Below are positions 53,715-63,747 of a stretch of DNA of 64,000 nucleotides, one piece after another. The notes below the pieces were generated by a model. That model saw nothing but the letters and a program-made list of their open reading frames with translations, ran no database searches and was not told where the DNA came from. The DNA comes from Tulanevirus 60ahydrpp (taxonomy: Duplodnaviria > Heunggongvirae > Uroviricota > Caudoviricetes > Straboviridae), in the IMG/VR virus record IMGVR_UViG_2974724359_000001, positions 83,795-147,794 of that record. One strand, written 5' to 3'. Position numbers and translations under genes: made by a program. Position 1 is the stretch's first letter; every line of letters starts with the position of its first letter.

Positions 53715-54266
53715 GTGATTAAAGCCGTATTTGCTTTAGGTGTACCGTTGGATTTTCATGAGCATGGAGTTTTTGTATTTGGTAAAGATGGCGATTTACC
53801 ATGGCCATCGATCCCCGAAGACTTTAAACTTTTCAGGGAAAAAACCGATGGGACTATCTGTGTTATGGGTGCAAAAACATTCCAGTCGCTCCCAAAGAAT
53901 CTTCCAGGAAGGGTAATGGTTGTTATTGGCGATCCTAAGCGTGAGTGCCGGAACAAATCAGGTGAACTTCCTGACAATTTCATCAATATTGATATTGACT
54001 GGATTTCTGTGGTAAAAGAACTATATCCAGAAAATGATATATCGATTATCGGTGGCCTTGGCCTGATACTGTCAGTCGCCAACAAGTGTGATGAACTCCA
54101 TATCAATTTTCTTATGCTTACTTCTGATTATGATACAATTGACCCAACAGTTTATATCACTGATACCGCACTAGGAGTTTTCCTGGGTAAACGGAAAATG
54201 AATACTATCGCGTATCGAGTTGATCGTGAACATTGCACCAACATTAAAGCAGGAATTTGGAAATGA
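53715..54266 (+). CDS. frd: Dihydrofolate reductase
   Basis: DGDLPWP..PEDFKLF, VMGAKTFQSLP..LPGR, IIGG. Confidence 0.9.
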   Translation: MIKAVFALGVPLDFHEHGVFVFGKDGDLPWPSIPEDFKLFREKTDGTICVMGAKTFQSLPKNLPGRVMVVIGDPKRECRNKSGELPDNFINIDIDWISVVKELYPENDISIIGGLGLILSVANKCDELHINFLMLTSDYDTIDPTVYITDTALGVFLGKRKMNTIAYRVDREHCTNIKAGIWK

Positions 54267-55102
54267 TTCAATACACCGATTTAGTATGCGATATTATCAC
54301 CAATGGGCGAAAGAAGACTGATCGCACTGGAGTAGGCACCCGTTCGGTATTCGGTCGAATGCTTCGCTTTGACCTCAGCAAAGGCTTCCCGGCCACCACA
54401 TGCAAACGTCTAGCATTTGTTCCAGTTGTGGGTGAATTGCTGTGGTTTATGCAAGGTTCAACCAATGTCGAACATCTGCGCAAATTGACCTATGGCGAAA
54501 ACTCTGATCGTAAAACCATCTGGGATGATAACTATAACAAGCAAGCCGTTGATCTTGGATATTCTGATGGATACCTTGGTCCCGTTTATGGCAAGCAATG
54601 GCGTATGTTCGGTAATAAAAACCCGGTCGATCAACTGCAAAATGTGATCGATCAAATCAAAGCAAACCCCGACAGTCGTCGTCTTTTGGTTGTTGCATGG
54701 AATCCTGAAGATATCGAAAAAATGGCTTTGCCTCCATGTCACTATGCGTTCCAGTTTGAAGTATATGAAGGCAAACTCAGTTTGATGTGGAGCCAACGTT
54801 CCGTTGATGTTGGTCTTGGTCTGCCATTCAATATTGCGTCCTATGCGCTTCTTGTCCATATTGTAGCTCGAATTTGCAATTTGGAAGTTGGTGAATTGGT
54901 ATTCTCTGGTGCAGATGTCCACATTTACGAAAATCACCTGAGTCATCTCGGCGGTATGCTTTCTCGTGAAGAACGCCCTTTGCCTACGTTGAGTTTCCCG
55001 GATATTGACAGTTTGAGTGATCTGCGTTTACTGGAAGCAGCCGATTTCCGCCTGGACGGGTATGACCCACACCCAACAATTAAACTACCGATGGCTGTGT
55101 AA
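54263..55102 (+). CDS. td: Thymidylate synthase (intronless)
   Basis: DRTGVGT, GELLWF, LGPVYGKQWR, DSRR, MALPPCH, QRSVDVGLGLPFNIASY, HIYENH. Confidence 0.96.
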   Translation: MIQYTDLVCDIITNGRKKTDRTGVGTRSVFGRMLRFDLSKGFPATTCKRLAFVPVVGELLWFMQGSTNVEHLRKLTYGENSDRKTIWDDNYNKQAVDLGYSDGYLGPVYGKQWRMFGNKNPVDQLQNVIDQIKANPDSRRLLVVAWNPEDIEKMALPPCHYAFQFEVYEGKLSLMWSQRSVDVGLGLPFNIASYALLVHIVARICNLEVGELVFSGADVHIYENHLSHLGGMLSREERPLPTLSFPDIDSLSDLRLLEAADFRLDGYDPHPTIKLPMAV

Positions 55103-55405
55103 ATGACTATATGCACCGTTGTAAACGTCAAGCATGAAAGATGTGACGTTCGTATACAGCGAGGCACCATATGGGGTAATCCATACGGAGAACCCCATTG
55201 GAAACGGCAGGATTATCTTGACAATTACAAAAAGCATTTAAAACACCAAATAAAAACTGGGGCTATTACTCTTGCCGATTTAGAATCACTACGAGGCAAG
55301 AAATTGGGGTGTGGTTGCAAACCATTGCCATGTCACGGAGATATTCTTGCTGATCTAGTTAATCGCATGTTTAAGGATGTGCCAAGCGTAGATGATTTCA
55401 TATGA
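55103..55405 (+). CDS. DUF4326-like protein
   Basis: VVNVK...DV.I.RGT.WGNPY...LRGK.LGC.CKP.PCHGD.LA. Confidence 0.8.
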   Translation: MTICTVVNVKHERCDVRIQRGTIWGNPYGEPHWKRQDYLDNYKKHLKHQIKTGAITLADLESLRGKKLGCGCKPLPCHGDILADLVNRMFKDVPSVDDFI

Positions 55406-55818
55406 CATTAAAAGAACACGGATTCATTCAGATAGCAGAATTGACCATAGGTAAAAACGGACGTATATCCAGAGATTTTGCTAAAGACCCATCACTAAAA
55501 CACATCATTTATTTGTTTACGATTGATGATGAAGTTGTGTATATTGGTCAAACAAAGAATTTGCACAAACGAATGGACTCATATGCTAATGGCAAGTATT
55601 GGAAAAATACGAACAAGTCGCATATCGAAAAATCCAAGTTTCTGGAAGAAGCAGTAAACTCAGGTAAGAGAGTTTGTGTTTGGATAAAGCATTGCTTCAA
55701 AATTGTTATAACTACTCCTGCTGGGTCAAACGTTATAGCTGATCTCGACGCAGAAGAGAAAAAATTTATCGGGATTTTTAATCCTGTTCTAAATTCAAAA
55801 CTGAAGGTTAAATTATGA
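55402..55818 (+). CDS. denA: Endonuclease II (GIY-YIG)
   Basis: IIYLFTIDDEVVYIGQTKNL.KR, DLDAEE..FI..FNP; syntenic before rnlA. Confidence 0.88.
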   Translation: MTLKEHGFIQIAELTIGKNGRISRDFAKDPSLKHIIYLFTIDDEVVYIGQTKNLHKRMDSYANGKYWKNTNKSHIEKSKFLEEAVNSGKRVCVWIKHCFKIVITTPAGSNVIADLDAEEKKFIGIFNPVLNSKLKVKL

Positions 55819-56966
55819 GCAGAACAATTGAACTTTTTAATAACTTGATGTCTGTTGTAGAAAAATCCGAAAAAGGCAATTTCTACTTCAAGGACGTCAT
55901 TACGAGTATGGGTACAAAAGCTCGAATTTTCAGCTATTTTATTGCTTCATATACCGATTGGCTGCAGGATGATGCTTTGGAATGTCGAGGCATTATGTTT
56001 GAGCTAAATGATAAAAACGAGCCAGTTCGAATCATGGCTCGCCCAATGCAGAAGTTCTTCAATCTGAAAGAAAACCCCATGACCATTGGGCTCGATTTAA
56101 CTAAGATGATCGGTTTGATGGAAAAAGCGGATGGGTCGCTGATTAGCAGTTATCATGATCGAGGCTACGTTTATCTGAAATCTAAAGCTGCGGTTTTCTC
56201 CGATCAAGCCAATAAAGCAATGGTGCTGTTGAATTCGCCTGCTTATAAAAAATTGCGCGATGCAATTGTACGAGCCGGTCCCGATTTTACTTTCAATATG
56301 GAATATGTTGGACCAAGCAATCGGGTTGTCCTTCCGTACGAGGAAGAAGAATTGATTGTTCTCAACGTACGTCACAATGAAACAGGTCAATATGTAGAAT
56401 TTTCTACTCTGCTGGATGACCCATTGATTCGTCATCGTATGATCGGGGTTTATCCTTGCCCGGATTGGAGTAAAGTTACTCCCGAAGAATGGGAAGCTGC
56501 GACTCGTGCCGAGACCGATATTGAAGGAGTTATCGGTATTATGCCAGATGGCCAGCTGTTCAAACTGAAGACCGACTGGTACTCCTCTTTGCATCGTACC
56601 AAAGACTCGATCAATAACAATAAGGCATTGTTCCAAGCCATCAAAGAACGTGCTTCCGACGATCTTCGTGGCCTGTTTTCCGATGATAATGTCGCTTTGG
56701 CAAAAATCGAGGCCTTTGAATCCGCTTATATTGATACTGTTGCTAAATACCACAAAATTTGCGCAGAAGTGTTTTACGATTTGCGAGGTTTTGACCGTCG
56801 AAGTTTTGCTATCGAAGCACAAGCGAGAATGAAAGACTGTCGGTATCTTTTTAGCGTAGTTATGCAACAGTACGGCCGCGATTGGGACGGCGAACTCGCT
56901 GTCGAGAAAATCGAAGAGCACATCATCAAAGAATACGCAACATACGTTCCAATGGCGTACCGTTAA
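55815..56966 (+). CDS. rnlA: RNA ligase 1
   Basis: ALECRGIMFE, RPMQKFFNL.EN, EKADGSLIS, FNMEYVGP.NR.VL, EG.I....DGQ.FKLKTDWY. Confidence 0.94.
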   Translation: MSRTIELFNNLMSVVEKSEKGNFYFKDVITSMGTKARIFSYFIASYTDWLQDDALECRGIMFELNDKNEPVRIMARPMQKFFNLKENPMTIGLDLTKMIGLMEKADGSLISSYHDRGYVYLKSKAAVFSDQANKAMVLLNSPAYKKLRDAIVRAGPDFTFNMEYVGPSNRVVLPYEEEELIVLNVRHNETGQYVEFSTLLDDPLIRHRMIGVYPCPDWSKVTPEEWEAATRAETDIEGVIGIMPDGQLFKLKTDWYSSLHRTKDSINNNKALFQAIKERASDDLRGLFSDDNVALAKIEAFESAYIDTVAKYHKICAEVFYDLRGFDRRSFAIEAQARMKDCRYLFSVVMQQYGRDWDGELAVEKIEEHIIKEYATYVPMAYR

Positions 56967-56983
56967 ATAAAGTTGCAAAAACT

Positions 56984-57013
56984 GTGTACATTTGACGGTG
57001 TAATGATTAGAAT
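56984..57013 (+). promoter_or_regulatory. Early promoter GTGTAC-18-TAGAAT (alc)
   Basis: Consensus match; GGAG RBS downstream. Confidence 0.7.
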
Positions 57014-57042
57014 AAATCCATAATCAACATGGAGTTAATCGA

Positions 57043-57591
57043 ATGAATCATTACAATTACACCGTCGAAATTCTCATCAACACGTACGCTCTCGGCGGCA
57101 GTTCGGATGGAATTCGAATTTTCGACAAAAACGGTAAAGTTGTAGGATATATTACTGATTTGCGCAAAGCTGCTCATTCTGCAGCCGAAAAGAAAGAAAA
57201 ATCCAAATCGTACTCTCGGGAATACTATCAACAAGCTAAAACTAACATTGGCCCAATGGTCAATGAAGTTGTGAACGAGTTGAAAAATGTTTTTGCAGGC
57301 ACACCCGCAAAGGTGTTTATTAACGAAACGATGCCGAATGTCAATTTTATGGGAGCCAAGTTCTATTTTATCTTGTCTCCACTGACTGACAAAATTCGTG
57401 TAAACATCACTCATAAAGATGCATGCCGCATGAAGTATGTTTTCCCACAACATGCCAAACTTGATATTCGTCAAGGCGGAAAAAGCATTTTGATTGATGG
57501 TTTGACACGGAGCGAAGGCATCGCTCTTGTCAAAGGATTCTGCGAAAATGTTGTTAACTTTGAGTTCGCTGCTCAGTTGGCTAAAAAGTAA
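57043..57591 (+). CDS. alc: Alc, inhibitor of transcription on cytosine-containing DNA
   Basis: DGIRIF....VGYITDLRK, VFINETMPNV, ILSPLT, ILIDGL match T4 Alc. Confidence 0.85.
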   Translation: MNHYNYTVEILINTYALGGSSDGIRIFDKNGKVVGYITDLRKAAHSAAEKKEKSKSYSREYYQQAKTNIGPMVNEVVNELKNVFAGTPAKVFINETMPNVNFMGAKFYFILSPLTDKIRVNITHKDACRMKYVFPQHAKLDIRQGGKSILIDGLTRSEGIALVKGFCENVVNFEFAAQLAKK

Positions 57592-57865
57592 TGCGTTATA
57601 TCTCATCATAATGGTCTTAATGGCCATTATGATGAAAAATCAACACGACGAAATCTCTACGCTAAAAAATAGTTTAGAATCGATGAAATCATTCCAAACT
57701 AAGTCGTATGAGAATGCAAAACCCGTCACTGAGGCGCTGCTGAAGTCTCCAAAAGCTACAAAGCAAATGGAAAAAATTGCGGAAAAGAAACCGCAACTAT
57801 TAGAAAAACGAATGAATATGGGCTTCCAGAAGTTAGCTGATCAACTTCAGGAGAGTACGAAATGA
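57548..57865 (+). CDS. pseT.3: Inner-membrane spanin (PseT.3/Rz-like)
   Basis: N-terminal TMD, coiled coil, KPQLLEKRMN..F.KLA. Confidence 0.8.
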   Translation: MLLTLSSLLSWLKSNALYLIIMVLMAIMMKNQHDEISTLKNSLESMKSFQTKSYENAKPVTEALLKSPKATKQMEKIAEKKPQLLEKRMNMGFQKLADQLQESTK

Positions 57866-58101
57866 GGTATATCATCATTCTACTCGGATGTCTCCTGATC
57901 ACATCCTGTGCATCTAAGCCCATGTTGCCAAAACCATCGCCGATACATAAACTCGATATAACATGGAAAGCAACCGAAAATGGAGCTTTACTAAGTTTTG
58001 AGGATTACAATAAGTTGGGTGTATGGTTAACCGATGTCAACAGATATGTCAAAGATCAAAAACAAATAATTCAAATATGTGAGGATACAATTAATGACTG
58101 A
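57862..58101 (+). CDS. pseT.2: Outer-membrane lipoprotein spanin (PseT.2/Rz1-like)
   Basis: Lipobox LITS-C, Pro-rich segment. Confidence 0.8.
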   Translation: MRYIIILLGCLLITSCASKPMLPKPSPIHKLDITWKATENGALLSFEDYNKLGVWLTDVNRYVKDQKQIIQICEDTIND

Positions 58102-58993
58102 ACGTTTCGCATCTCAACAACTCATTTTGACTGTTGGTCCTACTTGTTCCGGAAAAAGCACCTGGGCAAATGAGCAAGTTCGGGCAAACCCTACGAAATA
58201 CGTTAATTTGAATCGTGATGATTTTCGTTTTAGCCTTTTTGGCTGCCGGACTTGGTCTGATTACAAGTTCAATAAGCATAATGAGCAACTGGTAACGAAC
58301 GCTATTCAAAAAGCAGCGATCGAAGCTATTGCCATGAGCAAGACTATCATTATTTCCGACACCAATCTGAATAAGACGACTCAAGGAACTTGGAAAAATT
58401 TCGCAGATACTCATAACGTTGAGTTTGTGCTGAAATATTTTGCGCCGGGTCTTCTGTCTACTCTCATGGAGCGTAATCGCTATAAGGGCGAGCGGGCTTT
58501 GCCTGAATTCGTTGTGAAGCGTCAATATGACCAATATATGGTTGATTTTGGAGGCCAACGGGTTTATACTCCTGACTTTGCAAAACCTCGGGCAATCATT
58601 TTTGACCTGGATGGCACCTTGTTTGATAACAACCACCGCCATGCCTTTGATTGGTCGAAAGTTCTGGATGACACTCCTCGCGACTCTGTCGTAGAACTTT
58701 TCAAAATGTATGTTGATCGTGGTTATGCTTGCATTACCGTTTCTGGCCGTGATGGTGTTTCTGAAGAAGATTCTATCAAGGCTCTGAATAATGCTGGTCT
58801 TTTCCCTGCGGCCCATTATCAGCGTGCCGCAGGCGATTCTCGCTCCGACGATATCGTAAAAGAAGAAATTTTCTGGCAACAGATCGAGCCCAATTGGTGT
58901 GCTATGCGTGCAATCGATGATCGTCAAAAAGTTGTTGATATGTGGCGTCGTATCGGACTGGAATGCTGGCAAGTTCAACCTGGTGATTTCTGA
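58094..58993 (+). CDS. pseT: Polynucleotide 5'-kinase / 3'-phosphatase
   Basis: GPTCSGKSTW, NRDDFR, SDTNL; HAD IFDLDGTL, SGR, K.EIF, IDDR..VVDMWR. Confidence 0.95.
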   Translation: MTERFASQQLILTVGPTCSGKSTWANEQVRANPTKYVNLNRDDFRFSLFGCRTWSDYKFNKHNEQLVTNAIQKAAIEAIAMSKTIIISDTNLNKTTQGTWKNFADTHNVEFVLKYFAPGLLSTLMERNRYKGERALPEFVVKRQYDQYMVDFGGQRVYTPDFAKPRAIIFDLDGTLFDNNHRHAFDWSKVLDDTPRDSVVELFKMYVDRGYACITVSGRDGVSEEDSIKALNNAGLFPAAHYQRAAGDSRSDDIVKEEIFWQQIEPNWCAMRAIDDRQKVVDMWRRIGLECWQVQPGDF

Positions 58994-58996
58994 TTC

Positions 58997-59022
58997 AAAT
59001 GCCCTCTTCGGAGGGCATTTTT
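58997..59022 (+). terminator. Rho-independent terminator
   Basis: aaatgccctc-TTCG-gagggcattt. Confidence 0.85.
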
Positions 59023-59042
59023 GTAAGAAATCAATAAAAGTA

Positions 59043-59079
59043 GTGTACATGTCGGTTTAGTGTGATAATATAGTCACAT
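59043..59079 (+). promoter_or_regulatory. Early promoter GTGTAC-17-TAATAT with a short inverted repeat
   Basis: gtgtga/tcacat around the -10; GGAG RBS. Confidence 0.75.
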
Positions 59080-59099
59080 GATCAAAACGGAGTAACAAA

Positions 59100-59342
59100 A
59101 TGTTTTTTGACACCTACGAAGCTGCACTAGCAGAGTTGGAAAAGCGTTGCAGCGAATTCCAGAACAAAGTCAAAGCTCGCGACAAAAATGCGATGGTTTC
59201 AATAACTCAAATAAGCATCAACGAATTTGAGTTGATCGTCGCCAATGGTGCAGGTGGACGTGACAATTATTTGTTTGCAATTTCGTTGGCCCAACCTCCT
59301 GTGCCGAAGTTTATCATCAGTTGCTCTCGGGTAATCGCATGA
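59100..59342 (+). CDS. Hypothetical early protein
   Basis: ORF after promoter and RBS. Confidence 0.65.
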   Translation: MFFDTYEAALAELEKRCSEFQNKVKARDKNAMVSITQISINEFELIVANGAGGRDNYLFAISLAQPPVPKFIISCSRVIA

Positions 59343-59857
59343 AAGATACAAGTGTATTACAACATGCCTATATCGTTGCACAAGAATCTCATTGTGTTTC
59401 GTGGAAAGTAGGTGCTATCATTTCGAAAGATGGTCGAATTATTTCGACTGGTTATAACGGAACTCCAGCTGGGTGCAACCATGCTAATTGCGATGATCAT
59501 GCGATGAAAAGTGGTTGGCTTGATTCTCATGGTAAGTTGCGAGGAATGTATCGGCAAGCCCATAGTGAATGGTCAAAGGCAAATGAAATTCATGCAGAAT
59601 TGAACGCCATTCTGTATGCTGCGAAAACCGGGCAAAGTATTGATGGTGCTGAAATGCACGTTACTGTTTCTCCTTGTCCAGATTGCGCAAAAGCCATAGC
59701 TCAGTCGGGGATTAAGCGAGTCGTCTATAATGAGTTATATGATCGTAACCCGGACGGATGGGATGACATACTCATTAAGTCTGGAGTAGAAGTAGTGAAA
59801 AACGAACAGCCTCTCAACATTATCAAGAAAATTTACACCACAAGCAACCAAAATTGA
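59339..59857 (+). CDS. cd: dCMP deaminase
   Basis: SHCVSWKVGA, TGYNGTP, EIHAELNAI, VSPCPDCAKAI. Confidence 0.95.
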   Translation: MKDTSVLQHAYIVAQESHCVSWKVGAIISKDGRIISTGYNGTPAGCNHANCDDHAMKSGWLDSHGKLRGMYRQAHSEWSKANEIHAELNAILYAAKTGQSIDGAEMHVTVSPCPDCAKAIAQSGIKRVVYNELYDRNPDGWDDILIKSGVEVVKNEQPLNIIKKIYTTSNQN

Positions 59858-59867
59858 GGAATTTATT

Positions 59868-60185
59868 ATGATCGTTGAAGTATCTCCTAACGCCGCAGCA
59901 CTTGAAGTCAAATTCTTTGAAGTTAATAGCGTCGCAGAAGCTGCCGCTCTGGGAATCGATCCCGAATGGTTTGACGATGTCAAAGCCGTTGTCAAAGTTG
60001 ACAAAAACGAAAAGCTGTTTGGTTATTATCCACGTCTTATCGGCTTTGTCACTGGTCATCCGGATTTTGCGGATGGTAAAGTGATTCGCACTTCTACCGT
60101 AGATATGGTAATCCATACTCGCGGTGAGTTCGAAGAACGTACTATCGTTTTCACTCGCAATTCTCGTTATGAGGTAATTCGATGA
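59868..60185 (+). CDS. Hypothetical protein
   Basis: GAGGA RBS; GHPDFADG..IRTS....TRNSRY motif. Confidence 0.7.
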   Translation: MIVEVSPNAAALEVKFFEVNSVAEAAALGIDPEWFDDVKAVVKVDKNEKLFGYYPRLIGFVTGHPDFADGKVIRTSTVDMVIHTRGEFEERTIVFTRNSRYEVIR

Positions 60186-60313
60186 AAATTCAACTCGATA
60201 CTAAAGCACTTGAATCTCGGATTGTTGCTGCTTGTAAGCAAAATATGCCGGAAATCATTCGTCGCGAAATGGCGAATTATCTGAACAAACCAAATACACT
60301 GTAAGGAAATAAA

Positions 60314-60832
60314 ATGTCTAAACAATATGTGCTTCAACAAATGTTGTTCTCTATTCTGGCTGACGGCGAGCATGAACTGATTTTCCGAAAAGCAGACGAT
60401 TCACATCGAGTAATGCTCGCTACTCGTGATGCTGTCCTGATCGAAGTTGCCGAAAAAGGCGACAAAGCTTTTACGGCAGCAGAGTCTGAAGAAAAGAAAG
60501 AGCGCAAAGAAACTAATATTCTGAACGTCGTTGTTTACGACTTGGAAGCAAAAGCCTGGCGGTCGTTCCGAGTTGATCGACTCGTATCTATCAATGGTAC
60601 TGGTATGTCCACGTTGGCATCCCTTATTGGCGCGTACCATCGCAATCAACTGGAAATGGGTCACATCGAAGAGCGTTACGTTTCTACTGAAAGCAAGGGT
60701 TATGTGAATTTTAAATCCGTCGACCCCGATGAGTTGAGCGATATGGTAGAAAACTCTTCGCGATTTGAGCTTTTGTCCGACAAACATGGCACCAATACAT
60801 GGTTCCTCGTAGAAGACGAATCCAATTTTTAA
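60314..60832 (+). CDS. 31.1: T4 31.1-like SH3/WYL-like protein with C-terminal extension
   Basis: FRKADDSHRVMLATRD...VYDLEAKAWRSFRVDRLVSING. Confidence 0.7.
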   Translation: MSKQYVLQQMLFSILADGEHELIFRKADDSHRVMLATRDAVLIEVAEKGDKAFTAAESEEKKERKETNILNVVVYDLEAKAWRSFRVDRLVSINGTGMSTLASLIGAYHRNQLEMGHIEERYVSTESKGYVNFKSVDPDELSDMVENSSRFELLSDKHGTNTWFLVEDESNF

Positions 60833-60905
60833 TCTGTGCTGAAGTTTGCAATACGATGGGATAACTTATAATTATCCCATCAACAAAACAGTTAAAGAGA
60901 AAATC

Positions 60906-61229
60906 ATGACTAACGTAACACCTATTGCTCAATTTGAAAGCATTATTCTTGAATCAAAAAATTTGGCATCTGCAGGTGATGAAATCATTTCAGAGTCTGG
61001 ATTTGTTCTGGGAAAACGCGATCTTCCTGAAGTTCCTCTCACTGCTGAGATTATTTCAGTCGGTAAAGACGTACCGGACCATTTGAAAGTAGGTATGCAA
61101 GTTTTGATTCCAAATGGCCGTATGCACAATGTACCCGATCCTCGATATCTGTCCGGTGAAATCAGTGCGAAGAATAGTCGAAAGCTGTCAGCATGCCACT
61201 GGAAAGATATTCAAGTCGTGTATGCTTAA
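60906..61229 (+). CDS. 31: gp31 co-chaperonin (GroES analog)
   Basis: SAGDEIISESGFVLGKR...EVP....SVGKDVP...NVPDP. Confidence 0.92.
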   Translation: MTNVTPIAQFESIILESKNLASAGDEIISESGFVLGKRDLPEVPLTAEIISVGKDVPDHLKVGMQVLIPNGRMHNVPDPRYLSGEISAKNSRKLSACHWKDIQVVYA

Positions 61230-61270
61230 TTGATCGTCAATATAAGATTAAACAAATTAAACAAAAGGAA

Positions 61271-61468
61271 ATGAAAATGGCTAAGCAAAAGAAAGCAGTT
61301 GAGAAAAAAGTAGAAGCTCCGAAAACTGGTCGTCAAGGTTACAAACGTAAATCCAACAGCCGTGTTGATCAAGTTGGTGATGCTCTGGTAGCTCGTGTTA
61401 TTCGCCAAGTCAAACATATTGATAAGTTTGGTCAGCCTAAGCACGAGGGTCGCAAGCGCCAGAAGTGA
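61271..61468 (+). CDS. 30.9: Small basic protein, T4 30.9-like
   Basis: MAKQKKAVEKKV...GYKRKSNSR. Confidence 0.75.
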   Translation: MKMAKQKKAVEKKVEAPKTGRQGYKRKSNSRVDQVGDALVARVIRQVKHIDKFGQPKHEGRKRQK

Positions 61469-61470
61469 TT

Positions 61471-61499
61471 AATGGGACCTTCGGGTCCCATTTTATTTT
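61471..61499 (+). terminator. Rho-independent terminator
   Basis: aatgggacc-TTCG-ggtcccatt followed by a T tract. Confidence 0.85.
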
Positions 61500-61525
61500 G
61501 AAAAGCGGTTTGAAAAGGAAATATA

Positions 61526-62227
61526 ATGCAATACGAAAAACCGATTATTTTGACTGATGTCGACGGAGTTTTGGTTCAATGGACATCTGGCCTCCCATAT
61601 TTCGCTCAGAAAAATGGCATTCGGACCGACGAAATTTTGAAAACTCTGGTCGACGAACGATTCCGCACTGGTGAAGAATTGTTCGGTGTCAACGCACGAA
61701 TTGCAAATATTTTGATGCGCGAGTATAACAACTCAGATTTCATCAAATATCTTTCTGGATATGTCGATGCAATCGATGTCGTAAATCGACTGAAAGATCA
61801 ATATGACTTTATTGCCATTACCGCGCTAGGTGATTCTAACCAAGCTCTGCTCAACCGGTGTTGCAACCTGAACACACTTTTCCCGGGTGCGTTCAAAGAT
61901 ATTCTGTGTGTTGACATCGGCGAAACCAAAATGCCGCATTACATTTCCGTAAAGCAAAAATATAAAAATCGTTTGGTTTGTTTTGTCGATGATTTGGTAA
62001 GTAATCTCCAAGATTGTCACGATGCGATGTCGCAATTACCTCAAATTCATATGCTTCGAACTGAAGGCGCGCGTGAAGTAAAACATGATATCAACAAATA
62101 TCACACAGCTAAAAGTTGGTACGATGTTGAAAAGCTATTAGTTCAACTTGATCCAAAACCAAATACAATCGATTTGTCACATCATTCGACTTGGCAAGAT
62201 AAACCTACTGTCCCTGAGGTAAAATGA
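61526..62227 (+). CDS. 30.2: HAD-family hydrolase, T4 30.2-like
   Basis: ILTDVDGVL..W.SGLPYFAQK, CFVDDL. Confidence 0.8.
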   Translation: MQYEKPIILTDVDGVLVQWTSGLPYFAQKNGIRTDEILKTLVDERFRTGEELFGVNARIANILMREYNNSDFIKYLSGYVDAIDVVNRLKDQYDFIAITALGDSNQALLNRCCNLNTLFPGAFKDILCVDIGETKMPHYISVKQKYKNRLVCFVDDLVSNLQDCHDAMSQLPQIHMLRTEGAREVKHDINKYHTAKSWYDVEKLLVQLDPKPNTIDLSHHSTWQDKPTVPEVK

Positions 62228-62228
62228 A

Positions 62229-63746
62229 ATGCATATTTTAGACATTCTGAATGAAATTTCCTCAACTGATTCGTCAAAAGAAAAAGAAAAAATCCTGAAT
62301 CGCAACAAAGAAAATAACCTTCTCAAAACTGTTTTCACCCTTGCGTATAACCGTCAGTTAACGTACGGCATTACACCAAAAGGTTTGAATTTCGGCGGTT
62401 CGGTTGGACCTATGAGTTTGGAAAATTTCTGTGACGAGCTTGTCAAAAAATATTCCACACGAAATTTGACAGGTAACGCAGGTATTCACTATATGCAACA
62501 GATGCTTGACAGCATGACGAGTGCAAGTTGTGAAGTTGCCAGACGTATTCTTTCAAGGGACCTCAACTGTGGAGCATCTGTTGCTCTTGGAAACAAAACA
62601 TGGCCTGGCATTATTCCTGAACAACCGCAGTTTCTTGCAGCACCGTACAGCGAAAAGAATTTGAAGAAAATCCGTTGGCCTGCTATTGCTCAATTGAAAG
62701 CCGATGGTGCCCGTTGCATGGCTCTCGTATCTGCAGATGGCTCACAGGTATCACTGGTGTCACGGAATGGTAACGAATATCTAAAGTTATATGACATTAC
62801 ATCGCAGTTGAAGGAACTCGCCCAGGTTGTCAGAGAGACTCTGCCCCATTATGGTGATTTTGTTATAGACGGCGAACTGATTCATCGGGCGCCATTCTCT
62901 GCATCCATTAAAACGGCTAAACAACATACGCTGGATGATCTGTTTGGAATTCCTGAGACAAATGACGAAGAAGAAATCGAATCAGATCGAAACAAGTCCA
63001 ATGGTTTAAGCAATAAAGCTCTAAATGGAACAATTAGCGACGTTGAACAATCGGAAATGATTTTTAACGTATGGGATATTATTCCGCAGGAAGTTTATTA
63101 CGAGCGTGAAAAGAGCAAATTGTACTACGAGAATCGATTTGCTACTCTTGCTTGTCTGACTGAAGCTTTCGGCGGTACCCAAAAATATCAAAACATTCAG
63201 CTCATTGAATCTGAAGAAGTTGAGACATACGAGCAAGCTATAAAAATTTATCAGAGATATGTTGATCAAGACCGAGAAGGTATCATCCTCAAAAACAAAG
63301 ACGGTCTATGGGCTAATGCTCGCACAACAGATCAAATCAAATTCAAAGTTGAAGTCGAAATAGATTTGAAAATCGTCGAGGTTTATCCTCACAGAAAAGA
63401 CAAAACTAAAGTAGGTGGATTTGTTCTCGAAGATGATTCCGGTCAAATTCGAGTACGATGTGGTTCCGGCTTAAAAGACACAACCCATAAAAAGGTAAAT
63501 GGTGCTAAAGTCGAAATTCCTATCAGCGAAAGGCATGAATATGATCGTCAGGCGCTTATGCTGATAAAAAATGAGTTGATCGGTCAGATTGTCCAATGCA
63601 AATGCAATGGATTGCAAGAGAGGAAGGGTCGTAAGCCGAATGAAGCAAAATTCAAGCTGTTTCTTCCTATTTTCCAACTCATTCGACGTGACAAATCAAA
63701 ACCAAATCACATCCATGATGTTTTCCCAGATGCTATTCTGGGCTGA
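62229..63746 (+). CDS. 30: ATP-dependent DNA ligase gp30
   Basis: ILDILNEI, AQLKADGAR (motif I), IDGEL, VWDII, EGIILKN, KLFLPIF...R.DK. Confidence 0.96.
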   Translation: MHILDILNEISSTDSSKEKEKILNRNKENNLLKTVFTLAYNRQLTYGITPKGLNFGGSVGPMSLENFCDELVKKYSTRNLTGNAGIHYMQQMLDSMTSASCEVARRILSRDLNCGASVALGNKTWPGIIPEQPQFLAAPYSEKNLKKIRWPAIAQLKADGARCMALVSADGSQVSLVSRNGNEYLKLYDITSQLKELAQVVRETLPHYGDFVIDGELIHRAPFSASIKTAKQHTLDDLFGIPETNDEEEIESDRNKSNGLSNKALNGTISDVEQSEMIFNVWDIIPQEVYYEREKSKLYYENRFATLACLTEAFGGTQKYQNIQLIESEEVETYEQAIKIYQRYVDQDREGIILKNKDGLWANARTTDQIKFKVEVEIDLKIVEVYPHRKDKTKVGGFVLEDDSGQIRVRCGSGLKDTTHKKVNGAKVEIPISERHEYDRQALMLIKNELIGQIVQCKCNGLQERKGRKPNEAKFKLFLPIFQLIRRDKSKPNHIHDVFPDAILG

Positions 63747-63747
63747 A

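Noticed and set aside
53533-53718. Two tiny ORFs (26 aa Cys-rich, about 33 aa) between the RNA ligase and frd
   Set aside because: Too short to support; possibly real small genes but no recognisable motif.
54263-55102. T4-type group I intron in td
   Set aside because: The thymidylate synthase ORF is continuous and of normal length.
58091-59050. Long antisense ORFs (also 34386-35255, 56097-56978, 31187-31984, 29294-30004, 21834-22580)
   Set aside because: They mirror well-supported genes, have no motifs or RBS, and are expected from codon bias.
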